A program made the translations under genes and the position numbers. From the NCBI GenBank assembly GCA_050298055.1, contig JBNKTL010000026.1:1-64000 (forward strand): a stretch of DNA of 64,000 nucleotides, read 5' to 3'. Under the pieces are notes generated by a model. It searched no databases. It was given only the letters and a program-made list of their open reading frames with translations, and had not been told where the DNA came from. Position 1 is the stretch's first letter. Every line of letters begins with the position of its first letter. Shown one piece after another: positions 9,409 to 18,787 of this stretch. This DNA is from Spirochaetota bacterium (lineage in GTDB: Bacteria > Spirochaetota > UBA4802 > UBA5550).

Positions 9409-9882
9409 ATGCCAAGAGCTAAAATCTGGGGCTTTTTCGCTGTTTTAGTATCATCAGCAGCAGCCCTGTTTAATTTCTATTCAATTTTTATTGCCGAAAA
9501 AATCGGTTTATCGGCCCAAAACCAGCCGGGACTGGAAAGCCTGGGAAATTTAACATACTATTCAATGGCCGTTCCCGTAACAGCTGTATCTCTTTTTGTA
9601 CTGGGTACAGGCTTCTGGATAGGATATACCATATTAACAATAAAGGTGGTCGCTCCAATGCCGGAATTACATGAAAAAAAGGACAATTCAAAGTTTAAAG
9701 CATTTCTGCTCTGTGCCATTACCCTTGCTTCAGGGACAATGCTGATCTATGGAGTAGTAAAAAGAAATTTCTGGTCACTGGCTATCCCTTCACTTGTTAT
9801 CTCACTTGTAATACTCGGCGCGATATTCTGGGTGGGCTTGGCAATAATAACCACACGGTCCACGTTAAAGGAGAGAGAGTAA
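9409..9882 (+). CDS. Hypothetical 4-TM membrane protein
   Basis: Hydrophobic helices; internal repeat GFWIGYTILT / IFWVGLAIIT. Confidence 0.7.
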   Translation: MPRAKIWGFFAVLVSSAAALFNFYSIFIAEKIGLSAQNQPGLESLGNLTYYSMAVPVTAVSLFVLGTGFWIGYTILTIKVVAPMPELHEKKDNSKFKAFLLCAITLASGTMLIYGVVKRNFWSLAIPSLVISLVILGAIFWVGLAIITTRSTLKERE

Positions 9883-9914
9883 ATCTCTCCACCCATAAAC
9901 AATCAGACGGAAAA

Positions 9915-11156
9915 GTGAAAGTTCTATTTTTATTATACAGGGGCAATCCCTACTGTGGAGGGCAGGGAATCTATCTCTACTACCTGAGCAGAGAACTGGC
10001 AAAACTGGGCGCGGAAATTGACGTGATTGTGGGCCCCCCCTATCCCGATTCCCTTGATGAATGGTCAACAGTCCATAAAGTAGAGAACCTTAACATCTGG
10101 GCGGTAAAATCAAGGGATTTCAGCGCGGATAAAAGAAAGAGACTTCTCTCCCCGTGGAATTTTATGGACTTTTTTCTTACCCGGCTCCATATCTTTCCTG
10201 AAATGCAGACATTCAGTATGAGAGCGTTTTTTCTACTCAAAAAACTCCTGGAAAAGAAGAAGTATGATATCATTCACGATATCAATACACTGGGCTGGGG
10301 AAATCTCCCCATAAAGGGATACGGCATACCGGTCATTTCAACCATCCACCATCCCCTGACAAGGGACAGGGACGCGGACCTTATGCTTGAAAATACCCTC
10401 TGGGGAAAACTTACAACAATACTTTTCTACCCCCTGATGATGCAAAAAACCGTGATCAACAGGCTGGACAGGATTATTACATCCTTTTACGGCGGTGTGG
10501 AGGAGCTGAAAAGCGCGTACGGTCTGAAAAACCATAAAATCTCCGTTGTGTATAACGGCCTTGATACCGAAAAGTTCGTAAACAGCGGCAGCAAAAGAGA
10601 GGAGAACTCCCTGCTCTTCGTGGGGAATACCGAGGACTATAAGAAGGGCCTTGTCTACCTTTTGCAGGCAATGACCATGTTGCCGGAGAGGATCACACTC
10701 ACCATTGTTGATGAAGGCCCCCCCTTGAAGCTTCACGCCACAAAACTCACGGAAAAATATCATTTAACAGACCGTGTCACATTTACCGGGAAAGTGGACA
10801 GTGAAAGACTTGTGAAGCTTTACTCGGAAAAAACCCTCCTGGTCATGCCGTCTCTCTATGAAGGGTTTGGTCTTCCCGCAGTTGAAGCAATGTCCTGCTC
10901 AACCCCTGTGGTCACCACAAATGCGGGCGCGTTGAAAGAGGTGGTTGATAATTCATGCGGTATAACGGTACCCCCGGAAGACCCCGAAGCCCTGAAGGAC
11001 GCGGTAATGAGAATCATCGATGATAAAAAACTGAGAGACCGCATGGGAAAGGCCGGCAGGAAGAGAGCAGTGGATATGTTCTCATGGCCGGTTGCGGCAA
11101 AGAATACATATAATGTCTATCTCGATGTTATTGATCAATACGGGGGACGGAAATGA
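9915..11156 (+). CDS. Glycosyltransferase family 4 (GT-B)
   Basis: YRGNPYCGGQG N-terminus; PSLYEGFGLPAVEAM. Confidence 0.92.
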   Translation: MKVLFLLYRGNPYCGGQGIYLYYLSRELAKLGAEIDVIVGPPYPDSLDEWSTVHKVENLNIWAVKSRDFSADKRKRLLSPWNFMDFFLTRLHIFPEMQTFSMRAFFLLKKLLEKKKYDIIHDINTLGWGNLPIKGYGIPVISTIHHPLTRDRDADLMLENTLWGKLTTILFYPLMMQKTVINRLDRIITSFYGGVEELKSAYGLKNHKISVVYNGLDTEKFVNSGSKREENSLLFVGNTEDYKKGLVYLLQAMTMLPERITLTIVDEGPPLKLHATKLTEKYHLTDRVTFTGKVDSERLVKLYSEKTLLVMPSLYEGFGLPAVEAMSCSTPVVTTNAGALKEVVDNSCGITVPPEDPEALKDAVMRIIDDKKLRDRMGKAGRKRAVDMFSWPVAAKNTYNVYLDVIDQYGGRK

Positions 11157-12391
11157 AAATATGCCTCCTCAGCTACAGAGGCAACCCCTACTGCGGCGGA
11201 CAGGGGATCTATGTCAGCTACCTGGCCAGGCAGCTTGTTAAGATGGGGCATGAGGTCCACCTGGTCATAGGCCCTCCCTATCCCCATGAAATAGAGGGGG
11301 TCCATCTTCATAAAATTTTCAACCATAACTATTTTAACAGAAGAAAAGACTTTATCGATAAAACAAATCCCTTCTCCACCCTGAAACCGCTTAACTTCTA
11401 TGAATTTATCTCATCGAAGTTCGGTGTATTTCCCGAGATGGAGACCTTCTCGATCAGGGCGGCCAGGCTCATAAACAGGCTTCAGAGTAAGCACCGGTTT
11501 GATGTGATTCACGACAACCAGTGCCTGGGTTACGGATATCTTCTCCTCAAAAACAGCGGAGTTCCCCTTATCTCCACAATCCATCATCCCCTGACCATAG
11601 ACAGGTCAATATGGTTTGAGTTCCCTACCGGGTTCAGCCTGAAGGTAAAGAGGATGCTCTACTATCCGCTGATCATGCAGAAGTTCGTGGCCAACAGAAT
11701 GGAGAGGATTGTGACCGTTTCAGAAGATTCCGCAAAGACAATAACCGAGGCTTTCGGTGTACCGGAAAAGAAGATCAGCGTTGTCTACAACGGAATGGAC
11801 ACGAATCTCTTCTATCCTGAAAAAAACGTAAAGAAGAAAAAGAACAGCCTCATCTTCGTGGGGAACATAGAGGACAGGAAGAAGGGTGTAGCCTATCTCC
11901 TGAAAGCCCTGAAGATGACGCAAAACCGGGTACACCTCACCATTGTGGACGGAGGCGCGCCCACCAGGAGCGTTATACCCGGTCTTATAGACAGGCTGGG
12001 AATAAACCACCTGGTAACATTTACCGGAAAGATACCCATCGAAAGGCTCAACCGTCTCTACTCCGAAACCGAGATTGCCGTTGCCCCCTCTCTCTATGAA
12101 GGCTTTGGATTTCCCGCCGCGGAAGCAATGGCATGCCAGCTCCCGGTCATAGCTGCCCGTTCGGGAGCCCTACCCGAGGTTGTGGGTGAGCATAGGGAAA
12201 CAGGTTACCTTGTTCCTCCCCGGGATCCGGAAGCCATTGCAAGGGGAATAGATTTCCTTATAGACAATCCCAATGTAAGGAAGAAACTCGCTCTAAACGG
12301 CAGGAAAAGGGTAATGGGCGAATTCAGGTGGGAAAAAGCGGCAGAAGAGATGATACGGATATACAGAGAGACAAAAGATGCTCACAGTTGA
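11153..12391 (+). CDS. Glycosyltransferase family 4 (GT-B), paralog of the upstream gene
   Basis: SYRGNPYCGGQG; PSLYEGFGFPAAEAM; ATGA overlap with the upstream gene. Confidence 0.92.
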   Translation: MKICLLSYRGNPYCGGQGIYVSYLARQLVKMGHEVHLVIGPPYPHEIEGVHLHKIFNHNYFNRRKDFIDKTNPFSTLKPLNFYEFISSKFGVFPEMETFSIRAARLINRLQSKHRFDVIHDNQCLGYGYLLLKNSGVPLISTIHHPLTIDRSIWFEFPTGFSLKVKRMLYYPLIMQKFVANRMERIVTVSEDSAKTITEAFGVPEKKISVVYNGMDTNLFYPEKNVKKKKNSLIFVGNIEDRKKGVAYLLKALKMTQNRVHLTIVDGGAPTRSVIPGLIDRLGINHLVTFTGKIPIERLNRLYSETEIAVAPSLYEGFGFPAAEAMACQLPVIAARSGALPEVVGEHRETGYLVPPRDPEAIARGIDFLIDNPNVRKKLALNGRKRVMGEFRWEKAAEEMIRIYRETKDAHS

Positions 12392-13079
12392 TTTTGACAG
12401 GCTTGATATAAAGGAGGGGGATACCGTTCTGGACGCGGGATGCGGTTTCGGGAGGCACTCCCTGGAGTTCATGAACCGGGGCGCTGATATCTTCAGCATG
12501 GATATTGATTTTGAGTCCCTCAAAAAAACAAAGTACGCCCTGGCGCTTCTCAATAAAGACAGGGATAAAAACAGAAACAGGTACATGGTACACCTGGGTG
12601 ATGCCCTGAAACTCCCTTTCAGGGACGAAACATTTCACAGGATCATCTGTTCCGAGGTCATGGAACATGTTGACGATGATTTTCTCGCCTGCAGCGAACT
12701 TGCGCGGGTTTTAAAAAAAAACGGCAGGATCGCCATAACCGTCCCCACATTTTTCAGTGAAGCCATATACGATCTTCTCACATACGAATATTTTTCAACT
12801 CCCGGCGGCCATGTAAGGAAATACCTGCCGGGAAGACTTGCCGAAATAATGAGAAAAAACGGCCTCGAGATTTACTCAATCGGTTTTAAGCACTCTTTTC
12901 ACACAATCTGGTGGATCATACGGTGCGTTGTGGGACTCCACAGGGCAAATCATCCCCTGACCCGGGCCTATCATGGCTTTCTGAACTTATGCCTCAGGAC
13001 GCCTTTCCTCCGAAAGGCCGAAAGCTTCTTCGATAATTTCTTCCCCAAGAGCCTTGTTCTTTACGCCTGGAAAAAATAA
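12378..13079 (+). CDS. Class I SAM-dependent methyltransferase
   Basis: VLDAGCGFGRH, GDALKLPF, SEVMEH. Confidence 0.92.
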   Translation: MLTVDFDRLDIKEGDTVLDAGCGFGRHSLEFMNRGADIFSMDIDFESLKKTKYALALLNKDRDKNRNRYMVHLGDALKLPFRDETFHRIICSEVMEHVDDDFLACSELARVLKKNGRIAITVPTFFSEAIYDLLTYEYFSTPGGHVRKYLPGRLAEIMRKNGLEIYSIGFKHSFHTIWWIIRCVVGLHRANHPLTRAYHGFLNLCLRTPFLRKAESFFDNFFPKSLVLYAWKK

Positions 13080-13090
13080 GGTGATTTTAG

Positions 13091-13261
13091 GCTCTGACCC
13101 CCTTTTTCTCGCGGAGCTGTTCTTTGGAGCTCTGACCCCTTTTCCAGCGGAGCTGTTTTTCGGGGCTCTGACCCTTTTTTTTATCCCAAAAACCGGATAT
13201 CTAACTATAAAAATTGCTCTGACCCCGTAATTGACCCGAAAATTACATTTTGCTCTGACCC
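13091..13261 (-). repeat. Array of 5 direct copies of GCTCTGACCC (family A, RAYT-associated)
   Basis: Copies start at 13091, 13129, 13165, 13216 and 13252. Confidence 0.9.
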
Positions 13262-13432
13262 CGTTTTTTTGCTTCAAGCCAAACATGCAATTGAAATTTA
13301 TGAAGATATTCATAAAGAAAGAATTGACTATTATAAACAGAGGAATGATTTTTTGAAAAAACAGGGATTACTACACATCGATTGAACAGGATTTCCCATT
13401 AACTGAATTTATTCATAAAAATTGTTTATTCT

Positions 13433-16084
13433 ATGACATTAAAACATTTCCTGAAATACACCCTTCTTTTACTTGTCCTTGTGGCTGATTTGCAGGCAGC
13501 GGAAAAGATCAGCATGGAAGATATCCTCTTTCTCGGGGTTCCCGCGTCATCACTGGGAAGGGGAAGCACTTTTGCAACCGGAAAGGGGTCAGAGCACTTT
13601 TTTTATAATCCCGCAGCAGTGGCTGAATGTGAAAAAACTTCATTCTCACTCAACTACAGCAGCCTCCCCTACCAGCTGGAGTATTCATATCCTGATCTAT
13701 CCGCAGGTTTTCCAACATCCTATGGTGTCATCGGGGTATCAGCAAGGACAATAATGATACCCGGTTCTGAAGAGAAAGAATATGGCACAGGGCTTGCCTT
13801 TGGAATAGGAAAACATCTCACACCGGTTTTCAGTTTCGGGGCAGCGCTGAACGGCTTTTATGGAAAAAATGAAACAGGGATGATCTATTCAGGTATTACA
13901 CTGGGAGGTCTCCTGAGAAGTGAAGGTTCCCTCTCGGGACGTAGGTTCGGTTTTTTTAATCCCGCGCTGGGAATAAGTCTCAATGCCGGGATATCCAGAG
14001 ATGAAGAGAGTGAGAGAATAGACCAGAACAGCCTTAACGTCGGGTACAGCTTCGGCTTTCTCCGGGGAAGCGGTGTGGAAGTATCCTTCTTCAACGATTT
14101 CACTGCTCTTCAACAATATACCGAGTTCCCGGTCAAAGCGGGACTGGAAGTTCTCATAAATAAAAGCCTGGTAGTGAGAACCGGGATGATCTATCCCGAT
14201 TACAACGGGATACGGGCGGTAAGCATGGGCCTCGGGTACAGGTTCTCGGGACCGACCTTATCAGGCAGCTTCAACTACTCCGCCGTCCACTACAGGGACT
14301 ATAACTTTATACACAGCATCGGCTTTACCATGGACTACAGTTCTGTTGATACCAGCCCTCCCGAAACAGAAATTAAACCCGATTACAGGAATTTTTCTCC
14401 CGGAAATGACGGGAGCCGTGATTATGTAACTTTCAATATCAGTGTTACTGATGAAAGCCGTATAAAGGGATGGAAGCTCCAGGTCATGGACAGGGAAAAT
14501 AACCTCATACGTGAATATCATTCTTCCGTAAGGGAATTTTCCCGAAGGATCACCCCGGGGGAGCTTTTTTCGCGGATCTTCCGTAAAAAGGAAGCCGCAG
14601 TCATACCCGAAGAAATCACATGGGACGGGAAGGACAGGAGAGGGATACAGGTACAGGACGGGATATACCACTACAGGTTTCATTCCTGGGACATAAAGGA
14701 CAATATATCTGTGATAAAAAGCGGCAGAATAACTGTGGATACCGTTTCTCCCGAGATTACAGTCTCTGCCGGGAAAAAGCTTCTCCCCCTCTTACACTCC
14801 GCCGGGGAAAACAGGATAGAGATCACACACAGGTTTAAGTCGGGTGAGGAAGATACCTGGACTGCCGGTTTCAGGAACAATGAAGGGATTGTCATGAAAT
14901 CGTACAGGTGGAAGGGAAACATCCCGGACAAAATCTCCTGGAACGGGACCGGTGTGAACGGGAAACCGGTACCTGACGGGATGTATACCTATTTTATCCA
15001 ATCAACCGATCTCGCGGGGAACAGGGCATACGCGGAAATAAGGGAGATAGCAGTCACCGGCAGCCCGGTAGTCCCTGATATAAGGCTCAGCAGCAGTATA
15101 ATATCACCTCATAAAACCGGGGAGATAACACTCTATCCCTCCCTGCTAAAAAGTGAGGGCCTGCTCAGGTGGAGCATCCATATACAGACAGGGGGAAGTC
15201 CGGTCAGGGAATTCAGCGGCAGCGGTCCTCTTCCTCCATCCATGAAATTCAATCTCACTGACAGTAACGGCAAATTACTCAAAGACGGTCTTTACAGAAT
15301 ATACCTTACAGCATATTTCGGAAAGGAGAAGATATACAGGTCCTTTGGAAGAGAACTGAGGATCGATTCGGAACCTCCGCATCTTTCAATAAAGTATACA
15401 CCGGGGCTTTTTTCACCCGATAACGACAGTTTTGACGATATTTTAGAGATCAGGCCGGGATATGATGATGTCTCATACCCGAAAAGATGGGTCATTACCC
15501 TGTATGCTCCATCGGGAAAGATATTTAAAACATTCACCGGCGAGGGAAAGCTTCCTGAAAAAATATTGTGGAACGGAAAAAATTATAAAAATGAACTTGT
15601 AGAATCAGCATCAGATTATTTCATTGAACTGAGCGCAGAGGACAGTGCGGGAAATATCTCCCGGTCAAAAATGGCAAGGGTCCCTGTGGATGTTCTGGTC
15701 CTGGAAACAGAGAACGGCTATAAAATTGAGGTGAGCAGGATCGACTTCAGGTACAGGACAGACATACTCAAACCCGAAGGCAGGAAAAACCTGGAGAGGA
15801 TCTACGAAAAGATCGAAAAGTACGGAGAATACACTATCCACGTAACGGCGCATACGGACGACAGGGGGAGTGAAGGGGAAAACCTCGCACTTTCTGAAAA
15901 ACGGGCAGAGTGTGTCATGCATTTCCTGGTGAAAAAGGGAATTTCCCCTGAAAAGATAAAATTTACCGGTATGGGAGAAACCATGCCCCTCTTCCCGGGC
16001 TCCGGGGAAGAGATAAGGAGAAGAAACAGGAGGATAGTCATCACTCTGGAAAAAAAAGAAAGGGAGAGATACGGTGACAGATAG
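13433..16084 (+). CDS. Large OmpA-family outer-membrane protein with N-terminal beta-barrel-like region and repeated FlgD/Ig-like modules
   Basis: Signal peptide; repeated FSP.ND and W(D/N)G.d..G...DG.Y modules; C-terminal HTDDRG..NLALSEKRA..NRRI. Confidence 0.85.
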   Translation: MTLKHFLKYTLLLLVLVADLQAAEKISMEDILFLGVPASSLGRGSTFATGKGSEHFFYNPAAVAECEKTSFSLNYSSLPYQLEYSYPDLSAGFPTSYGVIGVSARTIMIPGSEEKEYGTGLAFGIGKHLTPVFSFGAALNGFYGKNETGMIYSGITLGGLLRSEGSLSGRRFGFFNPALGISLNAGISRDEESERIDQNSLNVGYSFGFLRGSGVEVSFFNDFTALQQYTEFPVKAGLEVLINKSLVVRTGMIYPDYNGIRAVSMGLGYRFSGPTLSGSFNYSAVHYRDYNFIHSIGFTMDYSSVDTSPPETEIKPDYRNFSPGNDGSRDYVTFNISVTDESRIKGWKLQVMDRENNLIREYHSSVREFSRRITPGELFSRIFRKKEAAVIPEEITWDGKDRRGIQVQDGIYHYRFHSWDIKDNISVIKSGRITVDTVSPEITVSAGKKLLPLLHSAGENRIEITHRFKSGEEDTWTAGFRNNEGIVMKSYRWKGNIPDKISWNGTGVNGKPVPDGMYTYFIQSTDLAGNRAYAEIREIAVTGSPVVPDIRLSSSIISPHKTGEITLYPSLLKSEGLLRWSIHIQTGGSPVREFSGSGPLPPSMKFNLTDSNGKLLKDGLYRIYLTAYFGKEKIYRSFGRELRIDSEPPHLSIKYTPGLFSPDNDSFDDILEIRPGYDDVSYPKRWVITLYAPSGKIFKTFTGEGKLPEKILWNGKNYKNELVESASDYFIELSAEDSAGNISRSKMARVPVDVLVLETENGYKIEVSRIDFRYRTDILKPEGRKNLERIYEKIEKYGEYTIHVTAHTDDRGSEGENLALSEKRAECVMHFLVKKGISPEKIKFTGMGETMPLFPGSGEEIRRRNRRIVITLEKKERERYGDR

Positions 16085-16085
16085 C

Positions 16086-16895
16086 ATGAAGATAGTGTTT
16101 ACAGATCTTGACGGTACCTTGCTTGACCATTACACCTACAGCTATGAGAAATCCATGCCGGGGATCACGCTCCTTAAAAAAGAGCGAATACCCCTGGTGC
16201 TGGTATCAAGCAAAACCCGGCCGGAAATGGAGGCCCTTCACACGGAGCTTCATCTCGATTCTCCCTTTATCTTTGAAAACGGCGCGGGCATATACTACCC
16301 CATGAATGGGAACGGGAAATATAAGACAGAGCTCAACGGACAGAGCATAGAAGAGCTTTCAGATAATATCGACCTGTTAAAAAATCTTCTGGGTTTTAAG
16401 ATAAAGACAATTCTTGAGATGGATATTGACGAAATTGTCAGCTTCACAGGGCTTTCGGAAGAGAAGGCGAAATACTCAACCATGAGAGTGGCCTCCCTTC
16501 CCTTTATCATTCCTCAAAAGATTGAAATCGACCTGAAAAAAATCAATGATATTAATGACGAACTGTCCGGCAACAACCTGAGGCTTACCCGGGGGGGCAG
16601 GTTTTACCACTTTTCATCGGTAAATGCCAACAAGGGATTCGCGGTAAACAGGGTAAAGGAGTATTTCAGAAAGTTAAAACAGACCGAAAAACTCATGACC
16701 TCCTGCATGGGTGACAGCGAAAATGATATTTCCATGATGCGGCATGTTGACAGCCCCTTTCTCATAAAAAAACATGACGGTTCGCATATCAATACGGGAA
16801 CGGTCAAAACACGGATAACCGAAGGTATCGGCCCTGAGGGATTTACAGAGGCCGTGAGGTTGTTTATAGGAGAATTAAATATATGCAGGCACTGA
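16086..16895 (+). CDS. HAD-IIB phosphatase, mannosyl-3-phosphoglycerate phosphatase-like
   Basis: FTDLDGTLLDH, SSKT, ENG, GGRFYH, GDSENDISM. Confidence 0.88.
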   Translation: MKIVFTDLDGTLLDHYTYSYEKSMPGITLLKKERIPLVLVSSKTRPEMEALHTELHLDSPFIFENGAGIYYPMNGNGKYKTELNGQSIEELSDNIDLLKNLLGFKIKTILEMDIDEIVSFTGLSEEKAKYSTMRVASLPFIIPQKIEIDLKKINDINDELSGNNLRLTRGGRFYHFSSVNANKGFAVNRVKEYFRKLKQTEKLMTSCMGDSENDISMMRHVDSPFLIKKHDGSHINTGTVKTRITEGIGPEGFTEAVRLFIGELNICRH

Positions 16896-17329
16896 TTGAC
16901 ATTCTTAAATCACTACTCAACTTTTTTCTCAGGATCGTATCAGCCCTCATTGACAGGTTCATGGAGCTCAATCTTTTTGAGAAGATCAATGTGATCAATA
17001 CTCCCGGGGCTTTTTTAGCCATTATACTGCCCATGGCAGACTACTATATATTCGAGACCTGGTTTATGATCAATAATCCACTGGCGGTATACATGATAGG
17101 GATCGTTCTGGTCATGTTTGTGACCTTCGCCTTTCACGGAAAGATCAAAATGGGAATAAGGGTGGCCCTGAACCTCTACTACCTTTTCTGGGTATTCTAT
17201 ATCCACCTCTCCGGAACCCTCTCAAAGGCCCCCTACGAGCTGAAAGCAGGATACTATCTGAATATTGCCGTTCCGATCATCTACATGGCAGCATCACTTC
17301 TCTGTTACCGGTTCGCTGAAAGTGACTAA
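16883..17329 (+). CDS. Hypothetical membrane protein
   Basis: Four hydrophobic segments; overlaps the upstream gene. Confidence 0.65.
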   Translation: MQALIDILKSLLNFFLRIVSALIDRFMELNLFEKINVINTPGAFLAIILPMADYYIFETWFMINNPLAVYMIGIVLVMFVTFAFHGKIKMGIRVALNLYYLFWVFYIHLSGTLSKAPYELKAGYYLNIAVPIIYMAASLLCYRFAESD

Positions 17330-17334
17330 TCCTG

Positions 17335-18321
17335 TTACCGGTAAAATATCTTCAGACCCGAAAGCCTCTTTCTCACAAGGGGATTCTTCATTGGCTCCAG
17401 CCTGTAAACCGGCTTGTTGTCTTTGTACACATTGATAACAAAGGGTCTTTTCATCTTTTCGGTTATATGATAAAATGTCATGAGCTCTACAACGTCCTCT
17501 GCCCAGTTGAGGGTGGAATAGAGTGACACAAAAGGACTTCCCGAAAGCTCCCTGTAAATATCCGCCGCTTCAGAGATATTGATCTTTGGTCCCTTGCTGA
17601 AACCGTAAAAAGTCACCCTCTTCATAAACCGGTAATTCCCTGCCGCTTTTTTATAATCTTTCCAGATCCCCTCCGTAAAGAGCCCTGAACCGTGGTTTTT
17701 CCCCTTTATCTTCACCATATCAGGTTCTACAGAGGGGCTTATTCCCACAATATAATCCACAACATGCCCCGATTCATGAAGCAATATATAGAAAAAACCG
17801 CTGCTTCCCTTGCCGCAGTCAAGCTCAACCCTGAATCTCCTATCGTTTCGGATGAAGCAGGTCTCCTCTTTATCTGTAATCATCTTTGACAGGCCCTTCT
17901 TCAATACCGTGGGATTGAATATCAGGTAAGTATATATTTTCTTCTCTCTGTTAATCACCCAGTCGGCAAACCCGCTCCCCCAGAGATTGTTGATAAAATA
18001 GATCCCGATAAGGCTTTTCTTCATGACTCTTTTCGTAAGGGGAGGAAGCTCCTTCAGAGACCGGGCAATAACCTTCATGTCTTCTTTATCGGGAACATAC
18101 GCGGTATAATCCCTGCCATCCAGGTCTTTCATAAAGGCAATCACCATAGGAGGCGCTTTTTTAACCCGTGATATAAGGGAACTCCTGTCATTAAAACTGT
18201 AGTTTCTGAAGTGCTTGGAAGGATATTTTAAGACCGGCAGCTCATCCCTGGTTGAGCAGAAGCAAAGGAAAGCCAACAGGATAAGAAAGGATAATTTTAT
18301 GTTTTTTACAGATCTATTCAT
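17335..18321 (-). CDS. Hypothetical lipoprotein with HExxH zincin motif
   Basis: Signal/lipobox FLCFCS; LHESGHVVD and downstream WAEDVVE. Confidence 0.65.
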   Translation of the reverse strand: MNRSVKNIKLSFLILLAFLCFCSTRDELPVLKYPSKHFRNYSFNDRSSLISRVKKAPPMVIAFMKDLDGRDYTAYVPDKEDMKVIARSLKELPPLTKRVMKKSLIGIYFINNLWGSGFADWVINREKKIYTYLIFNPTVLKKGLSKMITDKEETCFIRNDRRFRVELDCGKGSSGFFYILLHESGHVVDYIVGISPSVEPDMVKIKGKNHGSGLFTEGIWKDYKKAAGNYRFMKRVTFYGFSKGPKINISEAADIYRELSGSPFVSLYSTLNWAEDVVELMTFYHITEKMKRPFVINVYKDNKPVYRLEPMKNPLVRKRLSGLKIFYR

Positions 18322-18420
18322 TGCTCTAAACAGTGGACTTTCATCTAGCACAATATAATCTGTATGAGAGTAAAATCAATTAAAATATGGAAGAAAAATT
18401 TTTTCTCTGGAATATTCGTT

Positions 18421-18488
18421 GCTCTGACCCCTTAATTCATTTCACCTCATTTTTAGTGCTCTGACCCTCATTTTTTCAGCTCTGACTC
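18421..18488 (-). repeat. Array of 3 copies of GCTCTGACCC (family A)
   Basis: Exact copies at 18421 and 18458; gctctgactc at 18479. Confidence 0.85.
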
Positions 18489-18787
18489 CCTGTCACATGG
18501 CAACAAAAGCCAGTGTCTAAAAATAAACTTGATTTCCTTCTCCTCTGTAATTTTATTGCCTTTTAAAAAACAGGGTAATTTGTAACATTTTTATTCAGAA
18601 GTAACAATTAATATTAATAATATTTTTACACTGACATTCCCACGAAACATATCCCAGTGAAAATGGACAGTGGGAATTATTTATCAACAAATAAATATAT
18701 TTGAACATAAAAAATTTTAATCCCGGCTTTCCGGACGGGATAACAACAAATGATATATTAAATATGATACCATAAAGGAGATTTAAA

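Noticed and set aside
13091..13261. CRISPR array interpretation of the family A arrays (also 22562-22698)
   Set aside because: The repeat is only 10-11 nt, spacing is irregular, some spacers resemble each other and no cas genes are present.
12987..13313. 108-aa ORF with repeated GVRA motifs
   Set aside because: It is simply the translation of the family A DNA repeats.
18352..18787. CIRCE or other heat-shock operator upstream of htpG
   Set aside because: No TTAGCACTC-N9-GAGTGCTAA match found.
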